Below are positions 26,779 to 39,736 of a stretch of 64,000 nt of DNA, piece after piece. The position numbers and the translations under genes are program-made. Positions within the stretch are counted from its first letter, which is position 1. Every line of letters begins with the position of its first letter. Source of the DNA: Lobosporangium transversale. Its lineage: Eukaryota. Below the pieces are notes generated by a model. That model searched no databases. It was not told the origin of the DNA and saw only the letters and a list, made by a program, of their open reading frames with translations. The stretch covers positions 496,001 through 560,000 of the forward strand of contig NW_019028980.1 of NCBI RefSeq assembly GCF_002105155.1. The letters run 5' to 3'.

Positions 26779-28059
26779 CGTTTGCTTCAAGGGCTTTACT
26801 TTATTTGTGAAGGACAAGCAGTGTCTGTGAATCAAGTTGTAAATGGAATGTGGAATAAGGTGTGCCGATTTTATTTTATTTTATTTTTTTTTTGAATTGT
26901 AAACATTGGATTGTATAGTATTGGATTGCATACGTGTATAGCATCGATTGCTACATTCAGGAAGCAACGAATCCCTATTGATGCATTTATCCTCAAACTT
27001 GTTATCACCTTGTTATCCTAAAAAGACGATAAAAAAAAATAACTATCGCATAAACCTTTACTCTCACAATGTTCACATCCAGTTTGGATTTTGATGCTCC
27101 GATCTAAATGCTCTTTCTCAGTCGAATCCATGCATGTACATTACCACACATAAAGTCAGAATGCCAATTGGGAACTGATACCTTTATCCAGTATATAGAT
27201 ATGACATAGGAATTAGAGTGATATACATGCTGGTTGCTATGCGATGCACCGCTCCGCCCTTGTCTTTAAAGGTATATATATATATACGTAGATATTAAAA
27301 TAACAAGCATAAACTGTTTTTTAAAGGACTATTCAATCGCTTATTTGGTAAACAAATACAAACAAACGAATCAACAACGCGAGACACATTGGCATAGCCA
27401 ATCAGAGCTGCACGTGGAAGGGATAACTGGACCTGAATTGTCCCAAAGTGGACAGTGCAAACTCTTTTTTAGCGCATACAGCACTCCCATCGCAGTGTTC
27501 CTCCTTTGAGCGCTAACCTTAAATTGTTTCCAATATCATCGTGGTCTGTGCTTGACAGTTGAATAGTTCTACTCTTTTACATCATTAAATTTCAATTCAA
27601 TCGAGTATATATTATATATTATATGTATACATAAACATATGAAGTCTTGACTTGACTTGACTTGATTTTTTTTTTTTTTTTTTCTTACCAAGAATCAAGA
27701 TGGAGGAATAAAATATCAAACACCGAACAGAGAAGCTGTTGAAATATATATATAATATACACTTCATTCAGCAAAGCCAAGAAATCCTCCGGTATGTCAC
27801 AAAGAATGAACCTTTTTTTTTTTTTTTTTTTTTTTTTATCCGTATTTTAATTAGAGTTTTCATTACGATTGTATTTATACCCTGTAGGCGCGATCAATCT
27901 TCCAAGTCTATGGCTGCTATAAGAAACAAGCGCAGGAAGTGTATCCTTATTCTTTTAGGAGATTGTATTACCATTGGTACTAGATTTCCAAAGGTACATG
28001 TTCATATAATTCTGATCTGAGACACTGAATGTGATCTCTTCTCGGAGGACAGATCGCTG

Positions 28060-28090
<31 letters not shown>

Positions 28091-28715
28091 CGGGAAGAAT
28101 GAAATTAGGCGATGCATTGAATGGATTAGAAGATTGGAGAGAAAGGGATGATTTGATCGACAAATTGGATACATGTGGGATGATCATACTCTCTAACTCG
28201 TTCAAATCGCATCTATCTACATCTCTTGACTCTTACAACCTTCTTTTATTTGTATACAAACATCATTGTTGTTTGGGGGTGTCTTTGTTGACCCTCTTTT
28301 TATTTTTTGTTTTTATTTGAAAAAGTTTAAAAAAAAAAATAAAAAAAAGGTCGGGTGAAATAGGATTTCCTAGGTTATATATATACAACCTGAAATGGTG
28401 TGTAAGGTTTATCCAACATCAATGTTTTTTTTTAAAATGATAGACGATCACTCTGGTGCTCTCTCACTCTATATATCCTTTGTACATAAAAATTATTTAT
28501 TTTCATTTATCTTTTTTCTTTTTTCTTTTTTCCAAAAGTCTCGAACATCCAAAGAAAGAGCTACTTGTGCGGTTGACCTTATAGTTGTCTTTTTTTGATT
28601 ACTCTATTCTCAAAAAGAGCAAATAAAGCCTTGAAGAAGTCCATCGTGCATTCTCCAAGCAATTCAATTGGGCAAGAATGAATGTCCGATCTGCTCTGTT
28701 GCTATTGTTGTTATT

Positions 28716-28748
<33 letters not shown>

Positions 28749-29467
28749 CCTTTCAAAAAAGATTGTGTTCAGGTTTGCATATATACAAATATGGACATAA
28801 ACAGTTATTGTTTACTCACACGACCAAAAAAAAAAAAAAAAAAGTTTGGATAAACGGGAAAACTCTTAGATTCACAATTGGAATCCTTTATATTGATCAG
28901 AGTACCACCACATTTCATACAAAAATAAATAAATATCTCTTATAATTGATCCCTCTGATCCTCCTGATCCTCTTTATGGTCATGTGTAATGAGAAAGTTA
29001 TCATCTTTTTAATAGTCACCCGTATTAATATATTAAAGAAAATAAAAGGCGATGCACATATATTTATACAAGTTTGAACTCTCTATTTGCTACCAAGATA
29101 AAGGTCCAAAGGTATCGGTAATCGAAGAGATTTTGAAGAGAATTCGTGAACGCACAAGGTAAAGATGATCTCACCTAGGTCTGTAATTCATTGATCCCCA
29201 AGGGGAAAGTAAATCAAGATTTCAACGAACGCCATGAGGAGGTGGCTAACAAAACTGATGAATACCTCATCATTCCTTTCTTTAGACGTCTTTCAGACAC
29301 TCTTAAGCACTACCGTCTTTAGAATCATTTTCAATTCGTTGTTATAAATCGTCGGATTGCTTTTATTTATTTATTTATTTATTTCATTATTCAAATATAA
29401 AAATAGTACTCATTCAACTATTGTCCTTGCTTCCTTTTTCTACTCCTTTTCCTTCTTTAATGTTTTA

Positions 29468-32400
29468 TCAAGCCTGTTCGTAGCGCCGTCTTGCGAGCTC
29501 CTTGGCGGTCTCCGCATAGTTATTTAAGGGTCCTCGGATGACACCGCTGCTTGAACCTGTTCCATCCGTCGCCTTACGGAGCAATCCCGCTCCAATACCC
29601 ACGCCCTTAGCATATCCAGTTGCTTCGATTGGGGCCTTGATCCCCTCCCCATCTTTACCTAGACCCTGGCCTTCCTTCCAGCCCATTGATTTCAACAAAC
29701 GATTTCCAATGTTATCTTCCTTAATTCCGTCCTTTGTGGGCTGTTCCGGAATGACTACTTCATGGCCAAAGCTGCCATTGCCACTGCCACTATATCGGAT
29801 ACCTCCTCCTCGACCACCATACTCTCTCCCTGATGGTGTAGGTGGCAATGGGTAATCTGGTTGTCCAAAAATCTGTCTCCTTTCTGCGGCTCGATCTCTA
29901 TATTTGGGCTCTTCCTCATTCTTATGTTGCGAGTGGATGCCAGTAGAAGATGATAAAGAACCATCGCTTGCGGCTACCCCAGATGTTTCTCTTGCAGAAT
30001 TCAGAGATCCCGATCCTGCACTCGTACCGCCTCGTGACTTATTAAGAGCTGCTCGAATAAGTTGCGGGTCCGACAGATTTTTCTTGTGAAGCTCAGAGAG
30101 TGACTGATGCTTCCGCAAATCCTGCACGGTTTTAAGCCGTCGCTGACAAAGCAGACACGCAATTAAATCAAAGTCCATAAGCTCGTCCGGCTCAAATAGG
30201 GGAATGGCATTAACGGAGTCCTCTGCACCCAAGGGAGCCGTTATTCCTGTTGCTCCTGGCTTCGAGGGCTGGGCTTGAGCTTCTGGAGCAGCCGTAGATT
30301 CTTGTGGTTGTTGATGAGACACTCCGCTTGTTTGCAGTTCCACTCGTTTAGATGACCATTTTTGAAGTTGAATCGAGACCTATCATATAAAAAATAAGGG
30401 ATGAGGGACTGAGGAGCTTGCTTCTTCTTCTTCTTCTTTTCTTATATATAGATATAAAGATCCAACGCTCTTATGTCCTTATATTTACCTTCTTCCCTCC
30501 TCCGCCAATACCAATATTAGAGCCTCCAGCTTTACGTTTCTTTTCTTCTGCCTTTGCAAGCTGCTCGGCCGCTTGAGCCGCAGCAATGCCAGCAAGCTGG
30601 ATCTCATCTACCCTGGCAGTGGTAGGTATGGTAGGCAACTCTTGGGTCATAACAGGCATCGGGGTCGGCATCGGGGCTCCAGTTGCACTTGGCGCCGCTC
30701 CATTATCGACAGCGATTGCAGTTGCTGTTGTTGATGTAGGTACAGAAAAGACGGACGACTCAGCCCTAGATGATGGGTCTGGTTTGAGTACGTCGCCCAA
30801 AGAGGCATAAAACGCATCAAGCTCATCCACAGGTTTATTCGGCGCCTTCTTTTTGGGTTCTAGCATCACACAGACACGTAGTTAAAACCGTTTTGTAAAA
30901 GAAGTTTGAATTTCACTTTTAAGCGGGAAAAGCAGAAGAGAAGAAGAAGAGTGTGAAATCTAAAAAGACTTACCGTTGTTAACCGTTGCCTTGGTCATCT
31001 TTACTGCTGCCGCAGGGTCAACGTATATAGACAGAAATGCCTGTTCATCCCAGTATATTGCTAGTTTGTTTTCGTCATCGCCAAGATTAAACGTCCATTG
31101 CGTTGGAGCATATGCTGGAATAAATGATCCATGATGTGCATAATTGATTTTCACTGGCTTGTTTTGAACCGTGAAGTCTCCTCCGCTGTGGGCTTTTTCT
31201 AATGCGGCGGTTGCACTCTAGCAGCAAATAACATTTTAGTCGATAATATATATATACAATCTTATAGTCCAAGCCGTCCATCCATTATTCCAACGGAGCG
31301 CTCTTCTTTACCTGGACATCAATATATTCTGCAAAGCAATAGCCCCAGCTGATCCTTGACTGCCTGTCCTTGACAAGCATCACTCGTGCGAGTGGTCCCA
31401 GTCGCACGAGAGCGTTCCATAGTCCAGACTCATTTACCATGGATGGCAAGTCCGTGATGACCAACATAGAGTTAGGGACAGATCCAATATCACGCGCACC
31501 TACATTCAATACAGTCTGCATTGCTGGATCCGAGTAATACTGTGATGGACGCACTGTATGCACTGGATTTGCGGGTGACCATGATGTTGTTGAACTGGAC
31601 CAGCTTCCTTGATCAAAATGATTGGCTCCTAAATTATTTCCATATCAGAAGAAAGATAGAAACAGCCATTTCGTGGTACAACGGGTTTTGGGAGAAATGG
31701 CAAAGAACGTCATCCACAGAATGTTTTTTGTTGTTTGGTGTCAAAGGCCATTGAGACGAGACATAAAGGAAGAAAAGGAGCAAATCCATCCGTCCGAACG
31801 ACCGACCATTAGGACAATGATAATTTTGATGGGTGTTTAAGATTTGGTCAGCAATCATGACTCTCAGGTGATAATTTCGCAAAAGGTGTGCAAAGAAGAG
31901 AAAAGATTGGCGTTGAAAGGAGAAAGCTGAGAAGCAACACAATAAGAACAGTTGGATGGAATTGTGTAGCGATTTATCCAAGTGACGACTGTCAAACCTT
32001 GCTTGCTTGACAAAGACTGACGGCAGTTCTCCATATGGCCTTCGTTCAGTCCACACTGTGAGAGAAATAGATTGACATTTTATTTTGGTTAGTCAATCAG
32101 TTGTTTAAACTACTCTTTTACTGTGCAAACAATAAAGCCGATGGCAATTAAAGAAGTAGAAATAGAAGTATTCCAGCGCAAAGCAACTCACTTCGGGGCA
32201 GCGGTGATGTGAATCCCTGGAATTCGAGTTGTTATTAGTATGCAGCATCCTGCCCCGTCTTTGTCCTATCCTCATCGATGTGCCTTGGTTTCTATAATCC
32301 TGTTTTCCATATTGGTCATGCTGTCGACCGCCACTGTTACCGCCACTGTTACCGCCACTGTTACCGCCACTGTTACCGCCACTGTTCCGATGATGGTATC

Positions 32401-32770
32401 CCCTATCTCTGTCTGAGGATCTACGATCATAATCTCTAGGTTTATCTCTATCCCATTCGCGCTGTGCATGTACTTTAGAGGATGAGGGTCTAAAATATCC
32501 ACCGCGGTTATGAGGCGGGCTCTGGCTACTTCCACGACTCTTGTTTGATTCTGCGCTGTGATGACGTCCATGCCACTGAGACTGTGAGTCTCTGTCCCTG
32601 CTTCGGCTTCGACTTCTCCTGCTCCCGCTCCTGCTTCTGCTTGTACCTCTACTTCTGCTTCTTCTCCTGTTCCTGCTAGGGCTTCGTCCCCTGTCTGGAG
32701 TCAAGCTCCTTTTTCGATAATTAGGCTCTGAAGGACGGCCTGTAAGCTGCTCTTGCTCTTGCTCCTGCAT
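29468..32770 (-). CDS. RBM5/RBM10-like RNA-binding splicing factor (RS region, RRM, C2H2 finger, G-patch), about 826 aa. Exons 32770-32192, 32055-31998, 31628-31312, 31217-30974, 30859-30489, 30379-29468
   Basis: RRM: MLVITDLP...VMLVKDRQSRISWGYCFAEY. Finger: IACLLCQRRLKTVQDLRKHQSLSELHKKNL. Also KYRDRAAERRQIFG, G-patch NIGNRLLKSMGWKEGQGLGKDGEGIKAPI and terminal ARRRYE. Splice phases consistent; exon 2 and the start codon are least certain. Confidence 0.85.
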
Positions 32771-33656
32771 CGTGCTGACTCTTTTGTTGGAATGAAGTGA
32801 ATGAAACAATAGATTGTAAAAGATACATCAGAGAACTTTGATGTCTCACTAAGGGCATCGAAAGAGGCGCGGCTTTTGGGCAGTCCATGATTCGAAGCCA
32901 CACTAAATTTGTTGATTTCACGTGATGAAGCACGTACGGTAGCATGTACAGGACGATGTACGTTAGATTTGTGTGGCAGGTTATTTGTCTGTGTGCGATC
33001 TGGTAGTTTGCTTCCCGCAGTTATATCAAATTGAGAACCCGGTTTTACGACAATAACAACAGAAAAAAGCTATGTCACTATGAGCTAAAAGAGAGAAAAG
33101 AGGGAAAAGAAAAAAAGCTCTTATTTTCTTCTGACGTTTACTTTCTACTTTTTCCCAATTCTGTTGCACAGGCAAGGCACGTTTTCGCACAAGGAAAAAG
33201 GACAGGCACACGCACCACTTATGGAGACAAAGTAGCAAAAGGGATCAATGGATTATTGGAATGGTAATGCCATTGCAATTGATGCAGCGTATCGCATGAG
33301 AGAAGGAAAATACCTTTCATCTCTTTTATTTCTTTACTCCTTTACCATCTTTCCTTGCAGCGGCAGGGGTGAATAGGGGATGAATGCGTTGCTTTCCGAC
33401 TCTTGTCAGATATGAATAGAGCTCTTTTTCTTTTCTTGCAAGTCAACAAGTCGAATCGACGCTATGACGCTTGTGTTACTTTGCTCACTAATCTCTGTAT
33501 ACTGTGTGTGCATAAAAATATATCGACTTTGAGCATCTTTTTTAAAAAAGTAAGAATGGACAGTGCCACATTATTTATTCCTATTGTAAAATACACATGC
33601 CAGTCAGTTTGAAATAAACGTTTTTTTTTGGTATTGTGCCAATGTGCCGCAGACGA

Positions 33657-33696
<40 letters not shown>

Positions 33697-35049
33697 ATAA
33701 AGAGACGGGCGAGCATCCTAGTTTCCGCAGCCCCTATTGCCATGCATTGCGCCTTGGTTCACACGGCAACTCTGTTGTAGTTTTCTCTTGGGCAACTAAA
33801 AAATCCCGATCATCATGTGCGCATATGGTAGTGGAAGAGACGGATAAATCGGAAGTGGAGGGGCGCAGGCGTAAAGTATACTGTATATTCTTTACACAAT
33901 AAAGACGTCCCACCTGGCGGTGTACTGTACAGAAAAAAAAAAGTTTGACTTTTTTGTCCTACTGACTCCTATTGTAACTGTGTTTAGGAAGTTACCATGT
34001 CCCATGTCATCATCACCTAACTCAGATCCCAGCTATAGACTAGTTTTGTGCAACCCAGCGGGCAAACACACCAAGAAACAAAATGGAAAAGGATATTCCT
34101 TGACTGAATAGAAGAATCCGTCTTGGAAATGTCTTATTTCATACTAAAAAAAAAAAAAAAAAAAGTTCTCAGGCACATCAGGTACGTTAGTTGGAAGATC
34201 TCGGTATGTAGTGATGTGTTGATGTGTAATTGTATATGTGAAAATCGAGCCTAGTCCAGGGCATGCACACGCATACGCTTCAATTGGCTACTTTTTTTTT
34301 TTTTTTTTTTTTTGCCCTTAATCCCAAGTAGGTATATATATCTATAAATGTATATATATATATATGGTGGTAGTGGCAGTAGAATCATAAAAGAGCTGTT
34401 GTAATCAAGAACGCATGAATTTTTTTTTTTTTTTTGCGCCCAGTGCGTCTGGTCCAGCCTTTACTTGCTGGGAAAAGGAAGGCAATAGAAAAGAAAAAAG
34501 GAATATTCTTTTCTCCGTAAGACAACAAGATCGTGTCCGGCCAGACTGGACACAAGGGCAGGCAAACAGACGTATACATGGGTCATCATTGTTTTGCCAT
34601 ACCCTGTCATGCATTTTTTACTCCTCTCTTTTACGAATGTTGGAGCATGGGCATAGAAAGAGAGACAGAATAGAGAAAGGTGCGGATGGAGCTGCAAAGG
34701 GGATTTTCGATCGGCGTAAATAGAGAGTTTTGTCCAATACTCAAAAAAAAAAAAAAAAAAAAAAGAGGGGTCGGATGGCGGAACATCGATGTCTTGAATA
34801 GGCGAAATATGTTCAATTGGCGAGTGAATAAGGATGATAAATATAGCAGAGTCGCTGCTTCACCCAAAATCTAAATTTGTCACAACACATCAAGAGGCGA
34901 CAATGGCTAGGGCATCATCACACCCCCAATTCAACACCGCCAACAAAATGGGCAGAATGTCCTTCTTAGTTTAGCCCACTCTATCCTTATCCGTCCATCT
35001 TTTTTTTTTTGTTTACTGCTTTTTATTATTCTTACTTGCTGCTCGATCT

Positions 35050-35145
35050 TATATAAACCAGGCACACGCGGTCTTTTTTTTTTTTTCCTCTTCTTCACTC
35101 ACTTGTTCATTTGTTCTCATTTTTATCCGCCGCTTTGTATATAAA
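35050..35145 (+). promoter_or_regulatory. Two TATATAAA boxes upstream of the secreted-protein gene
   Basis: TATATAAA at 35050-35057 and 35138-35145, followed by a CT-rich leader before the ATG at 35418. Confidence 0.35.
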
Positions 35146-35417
35146 CTGCCTGCAGCTCTCAAAAAGAACATCAATTGACATTATTCTTTTGCCAGAAACA
35201 CTTCTCCTTCTTGCTCTTTTGCTCTTCTTTTTGATACCACACACTCTGCCCCCCAGAAAATATAAATTGTCAGCATCAAGGCCGCACTTTTGTTTTTCTT
35301 TCTTTTTTTTTTTTCTCCAGTCGATATCGATTCTCCTCACTCTTTATTTTAAACTTGTTTACGACAAAATCCTAAAACCAGTATCCATTTCACATAACTC
35401 TTTCAATCAAATATATC

Positions 35418-36317
35418 ATGCTGAAGCACTCAATAACCACTTTTGCGTACCTTTTGGTCGTCTTCCTCACCTTCTTTTCCGTCAATGCCCTCCCAACCCC
35501 ACAACAATCTGAACCCTTCAGATTTGAAGTGAGCTCACCAAAGACAGATTCGCTGTGGCCGGTCGACTCACTGCCTACCATTTCCTGGGATGCTACCCAG
35601 ATGCCTCAGGGCTCGACTATGGACATTGCACTTCTTCACTACGAAAAGAAACAGTCCTATCTTCTACGTCGTTACGTTCCTGCTCGTTTGGGATCCACCC
35701 TCGTCAACCTGCAACCGGAGCTCAAATCCGGCACTTACTCACTCTTGTTGACCGTCTATAAGGGACGCACTTCGAGTGTTGTGGGTCGCTCCTTGGTGCA
35801 TGGCATTATCCTCTCAGAGGACGAGGCCGTTGACGCTGAGCAGGAGACTCTTCGCATTATTAGCAACAAGGACCAGGAAATTGAAGACAATAACGAGGAA
35901 AATACCGCAGAGTCCTTGACCACATCCGAGACGCCCGAGCTACTTCTCAAAGCAAATAAGCAAAGACAGCGTATGATAGTTCAGGAAACCGAACTGGTCG
36001 AGTTGACGCACGAGCCTACCAAAGGTAATTTGGTTCTTCGTGCTCCTTACACTATCGGTTGGACGATCCCCAAGGCAATCGAAGGTGCACGCCGTATCCG
36101 CGTGAACCTGTTGTTGGTGTCTCGAGATGATGAGGTGGTTCGTGTTTTGGCGACCAACATCGACGCCAAGACTGGATTCCTCTATGTCTTTTTACCAGCA
36201 GACATCCCTCTTCAGATGTACCGGATCAAAGTTGAGATCATTGGAAAGGGCCGCAAGTTCACTGGATACACTCACAAGTTCCACACAAGTCTGCCTGCTT
36301 TCTCTGCAAGGTCATGA
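35418..36317 (+). CDS. Secreted protein, 299 aa, intronless, with two tandem Kre9/Knh1-N-like beta-sandwich domains
   Basis: Signal peptide MLKHSITTFAYLLVVFLTFFSVNA|LP. Repeat 1: VSSP...W...TISWD...DIALL...LKSGTYSL. Repeat 2: EP...YTIGWT...VNLLLV...VLATNIDAKTG...LPADIP...YRIKV...YTHKF. Fold assignment by pattern recall. Confidence 0.8.
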   Translation: MLKHSITTFAYLLVVFLTFFSVNALPTPQQSEPFRFEVSSPKTDSLWPVDSLPTISWDATQMPQGSTMDIALLHYEKKQSYLLRRYVPARLGSTLVNLQPELKSGTYSLLLTVYKGRTSSVVGRSLVHGIILSEDEAVDAEQETLRIISNKDQEIEDNNEENTAESLTTSETPELLLKANKQRQRMIVQETELVELTHEPTKGNLVLRAPYTIGWTIPKAIEGARRIRVNLLLVSRDDEVVRVLATNIDAKTGFLYVFLPADIPLQMYRIKVEIIGKGRKFTGYTHKFHTSLPAFSARS

Positions 36318-37258
36318 AGCTAAAACTCATACATACTCATTCATTAATGACGGATTCTTTACACTTTTCTTCATGATCCCCTTCTCACCTTGTATCATAA
36401 TGTTCAACCCTTCCGACATCATCTACTGTCCTATCTACAAGTTTTTTATTTTTATTTTTATTTTTTTCTCTTTATTGTCTCTTCAGAGTAGAAAGAAGAA
36501 TATCCACACCTCTCTGTAACTCTGTAAACATGTAACATAGTCATCGTTCTCATCTCATTCATGTATAACTGTATAATAATAAACAATTAAGAAAAAATAA
36601 AAAAAAACTTGACAAAGCATCTGATGCATTATGACTAGTTGTGCTTGATCGAGACAAGAAAAACATCGACATTTGTTATCATCCATAATCCTTTCCTCCC
36701 CCTTGTTTTTACTTGATCACTCCACCTATTCCTTGTCATCCCCATGTGCTCCTTTTGTTGTTTTTGCTGCTGTTGTTCTACTGTTCTACTGGATAAAAAA
36801 AGACTTGAACAACTCTGCGAATAAAGGTCATTGTGCAACCATCGTGGACAGCGACTTCCCCCCCAAACCTCGAGAGGAAAAAATAAATAATTCAAAGGGC
36901 TGGGGGATTTGAAGGAATGCTCATGTTTTGTGTGCCTGTCGACTTTCTCTCTTTTTCCAGAAATATCCAAATTCTGCCTGTCGTTTTACATACATCAATC
37001 GACTTCGCCTCGTCCTGCCACATACCATCCATATTTTAACACATGTGTATACTTGTTTACTGTTGGGATAAAGTAGATGGAGTATGCAATGTATATATAT
37101 ATATATATATACAAATACTTAATAATAAAGCTCACATCTAGTCTCGGACAATATATGTATGATACGTATTGAAAATGTTGCAGCCATTGTACAGTGTAAT
37201 ATTTGTATGAGCCTTCATCTTTCTCTTTCACCTCTTTTCAAATAATAATAATAAAACG

Positions 37259-37289
<31 letters not shown>

Positions 37290-39175
37290 CTCTTTTTTTT
37301 CATTTTAATTAGTTTGCATTTATAATTAAAAAAAAAAGAAAAAAAAAAATGTATTTGAGTTGTCCCAAAAGCGCTTTTCTTTTTTCTTTCGATCATCTTG
37401 GACTGTAAATTCAAGAAGAGTCGGGTCTCTGTCTAAGTGCTTCCGCAGAAGATACACGTATATGTATGTAAATATATACAAATGTATATACTGTATTTTA
37501 AGGACATTGAATTTAGACTTTGGACAAAAGGGTAGCGTGGCAGTGATCTAAATCTATAACGGGCACAGGTACATCATGGCATTTGTGGATGTGGCGATGC
37601 ACAGGGGCCAAGTTTAGCCAGGCAAAAAAGACATCTCAGTCCAGCTGGATTCTTGAAAAGGAACTTGTCATCACTGAATACAGTAACGTTCTCTTACAAC
37701 AATCGGAAAAAAAAAAAAAAAAAAAAAAAAAGACTGGGATAAAAAGTGTCTTCGCTAATAGATAATCATATATAATTTTACTTCGCCAACTTCCCTTTAT
37801 CTTCTTTTCTTTTTTTTGGCCTGAGAACCTTGGGAGTTTATGTTATGTTGGTCATTGTTTTATTCACCGCACAGCCTTTCAAGAAGAAAAAGAAGCCTCT
37901 ACAATACAGATGGCAACCTGCTATCAATAAGGACAGTCACTTCTTCTGTAGTTATATTTATCACTGAGATTTGGAATCAAAAAATGATTTTATTTTTATT
38001 GTGAACCATCCCTTGAAAAGCATCTTGCACCTTACACTGCAACATTGAATTTTCGTAGGAAAGAATTAAAAATGCCATGACAATTATATACAGCCAGTGT
38101 GCGACAAAGAGAGAGAAGAGTTTCTTTCTTATTAGTTATTTAAAAAACTACAAAAAAATCGACAAAAATCCTGCCCTATGCGGGAAGCTCCGTAAGTCGC
38201 GATATCCTGAATGGTCGGGATAAAAAAAAAAAAAAAAAGGAAAAAAAGAAAAAAAGAAGGAAAGAAAGAAATAAAGACCATGCCCTTTTGAAGATGTTCC
38301 TGTCGTATCCCTGGCATTGAATAAAAAATGTCCCGAGGAAATCGCGATGATCCAGAAGCGCTCGTTCTTTTTTTGAGAGGGGATATCTTGCTTCACATGA
38401 TCTACTCCTTGCTTTATAAAAGGAGTATATTTCCTTATTTCAAACATTGTGATCGGGCTTAACATTCGGAGAATGACGAGGGGGTTCTTGTCTATTTAGT
38501 CAAAATGGAGACGATCATAGCAAGATGAGTATATGTGGGCATATGGAAACTAACTTTCCAATCGTTTCAATGCTATCAATCCCTCCAATGTCTCCAGAAA
38601 TATTAATAATGCACAAAAGATACACCGGTACTAATAGATTATTACCCTTTTTCACTACGCATACACCGCCAGACAAGACCGAATTGATCCTGGACCTTAA
38701 AATGCATGATAGCGACCATGAGATCTTCTACATGCTTTGCGCAGCGATGCGGTTGAGGAGAGTTTGAGGGTTTCTTCAGGTCCTGTCCTGATTCATTACT
38801 GGTATTGCTGTGTTTTTCCATCTATTCGTTTGTCCTGATCTGTTTCAAAGGGTAAATAGTTTGTAGTTGGAGGAAACAACAGTTGGCTCGGGGTTGAAGC
38901 TTCTGCATGGAAAATAAATCCCTTGAGGTCATATTCCTGGAAAAAAAATTATTTCCAAGCTTAAATACCGGATTCAGGGCAATAACTTTACCTTCACCAT
39001 TCCAAACCCCAAGTTTCATTCTTCAACTCATTTTCATTCGCGTTCAAGTATTAATATTTTAATATTGCACAATAACAGCAGCTACAATGTAAGTCAGATC
39101 TCTTTCTCATCTTTCCTTTTTTATACATGCTTGTTACTGTTGCTTTTGACAGCAAGGCCATGGCAGGCGAAAGAG

Positions 39176-39218
<43 letters not shown>

Positions 39219-39326
39219 CTCATTGCTTTTAGTGATTATGCTCCTGCAACTTTGGATTCTGGTTACAGAAGTACACAGTTTTTATTTCTTGGACAACATA
39301 ACGTTGCATGGCTCTTTATTTCGTAA

Positions 39327-39359
<33 letters not shown>

Positions 39360-39736
39360 CAAAAGACAGAGGGAGACTAAATAAGAGAGTGAGTTAGCAG
39401 ACATAGAGGAGGACATATTTCGGATTGTACTATGGTTCCATATCATGAATCGAATGCACAGTGAAAAATGCTATATAGTGGGAAGCAGTCATCTAGGATT
39501 AGTGGTGTAGAGTGATTTTCAACAGTTTGCTGTTTGATAAATATATGTCTTCTATTATCCTTTTTCATCTCATCTTTGCCTACCCCTCTTTCTTTTTTCC
39601 TGATATCCCCTTCACTGCATTTTTTGTTTACTCTAATGTAGTAGGGGTAGTTTTGAATACTTATGATGGTTTAACTAAAAAGAGAGCTTTTTTTTTTTTT
39701 TTTTTTTTTTTTCCCTCTCTTTAAAAATAATTCAGC

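Noticed and set aside
19854..27416. CACGTG E-boxes (19854-19859, 27411-27416) as Pho4-like sites for the VTC gene
   Set aside because: A couple of 6-mers in 12 kb is expected by chance, and they are far from the start codon.
27941..28481. GTATCCTT and ATATCCTTT strings resembling U12 intron donors
   Set aside because: No flanking exons or matching branch site found; none of my gene models needs a minor intron.
10426..28945. Dozens of 60-200 aa ORFs with poly-Phe or poly-Lys runs
   Set aside because: They are translations of poly-T/poly-A tracts and have no domain motifs.
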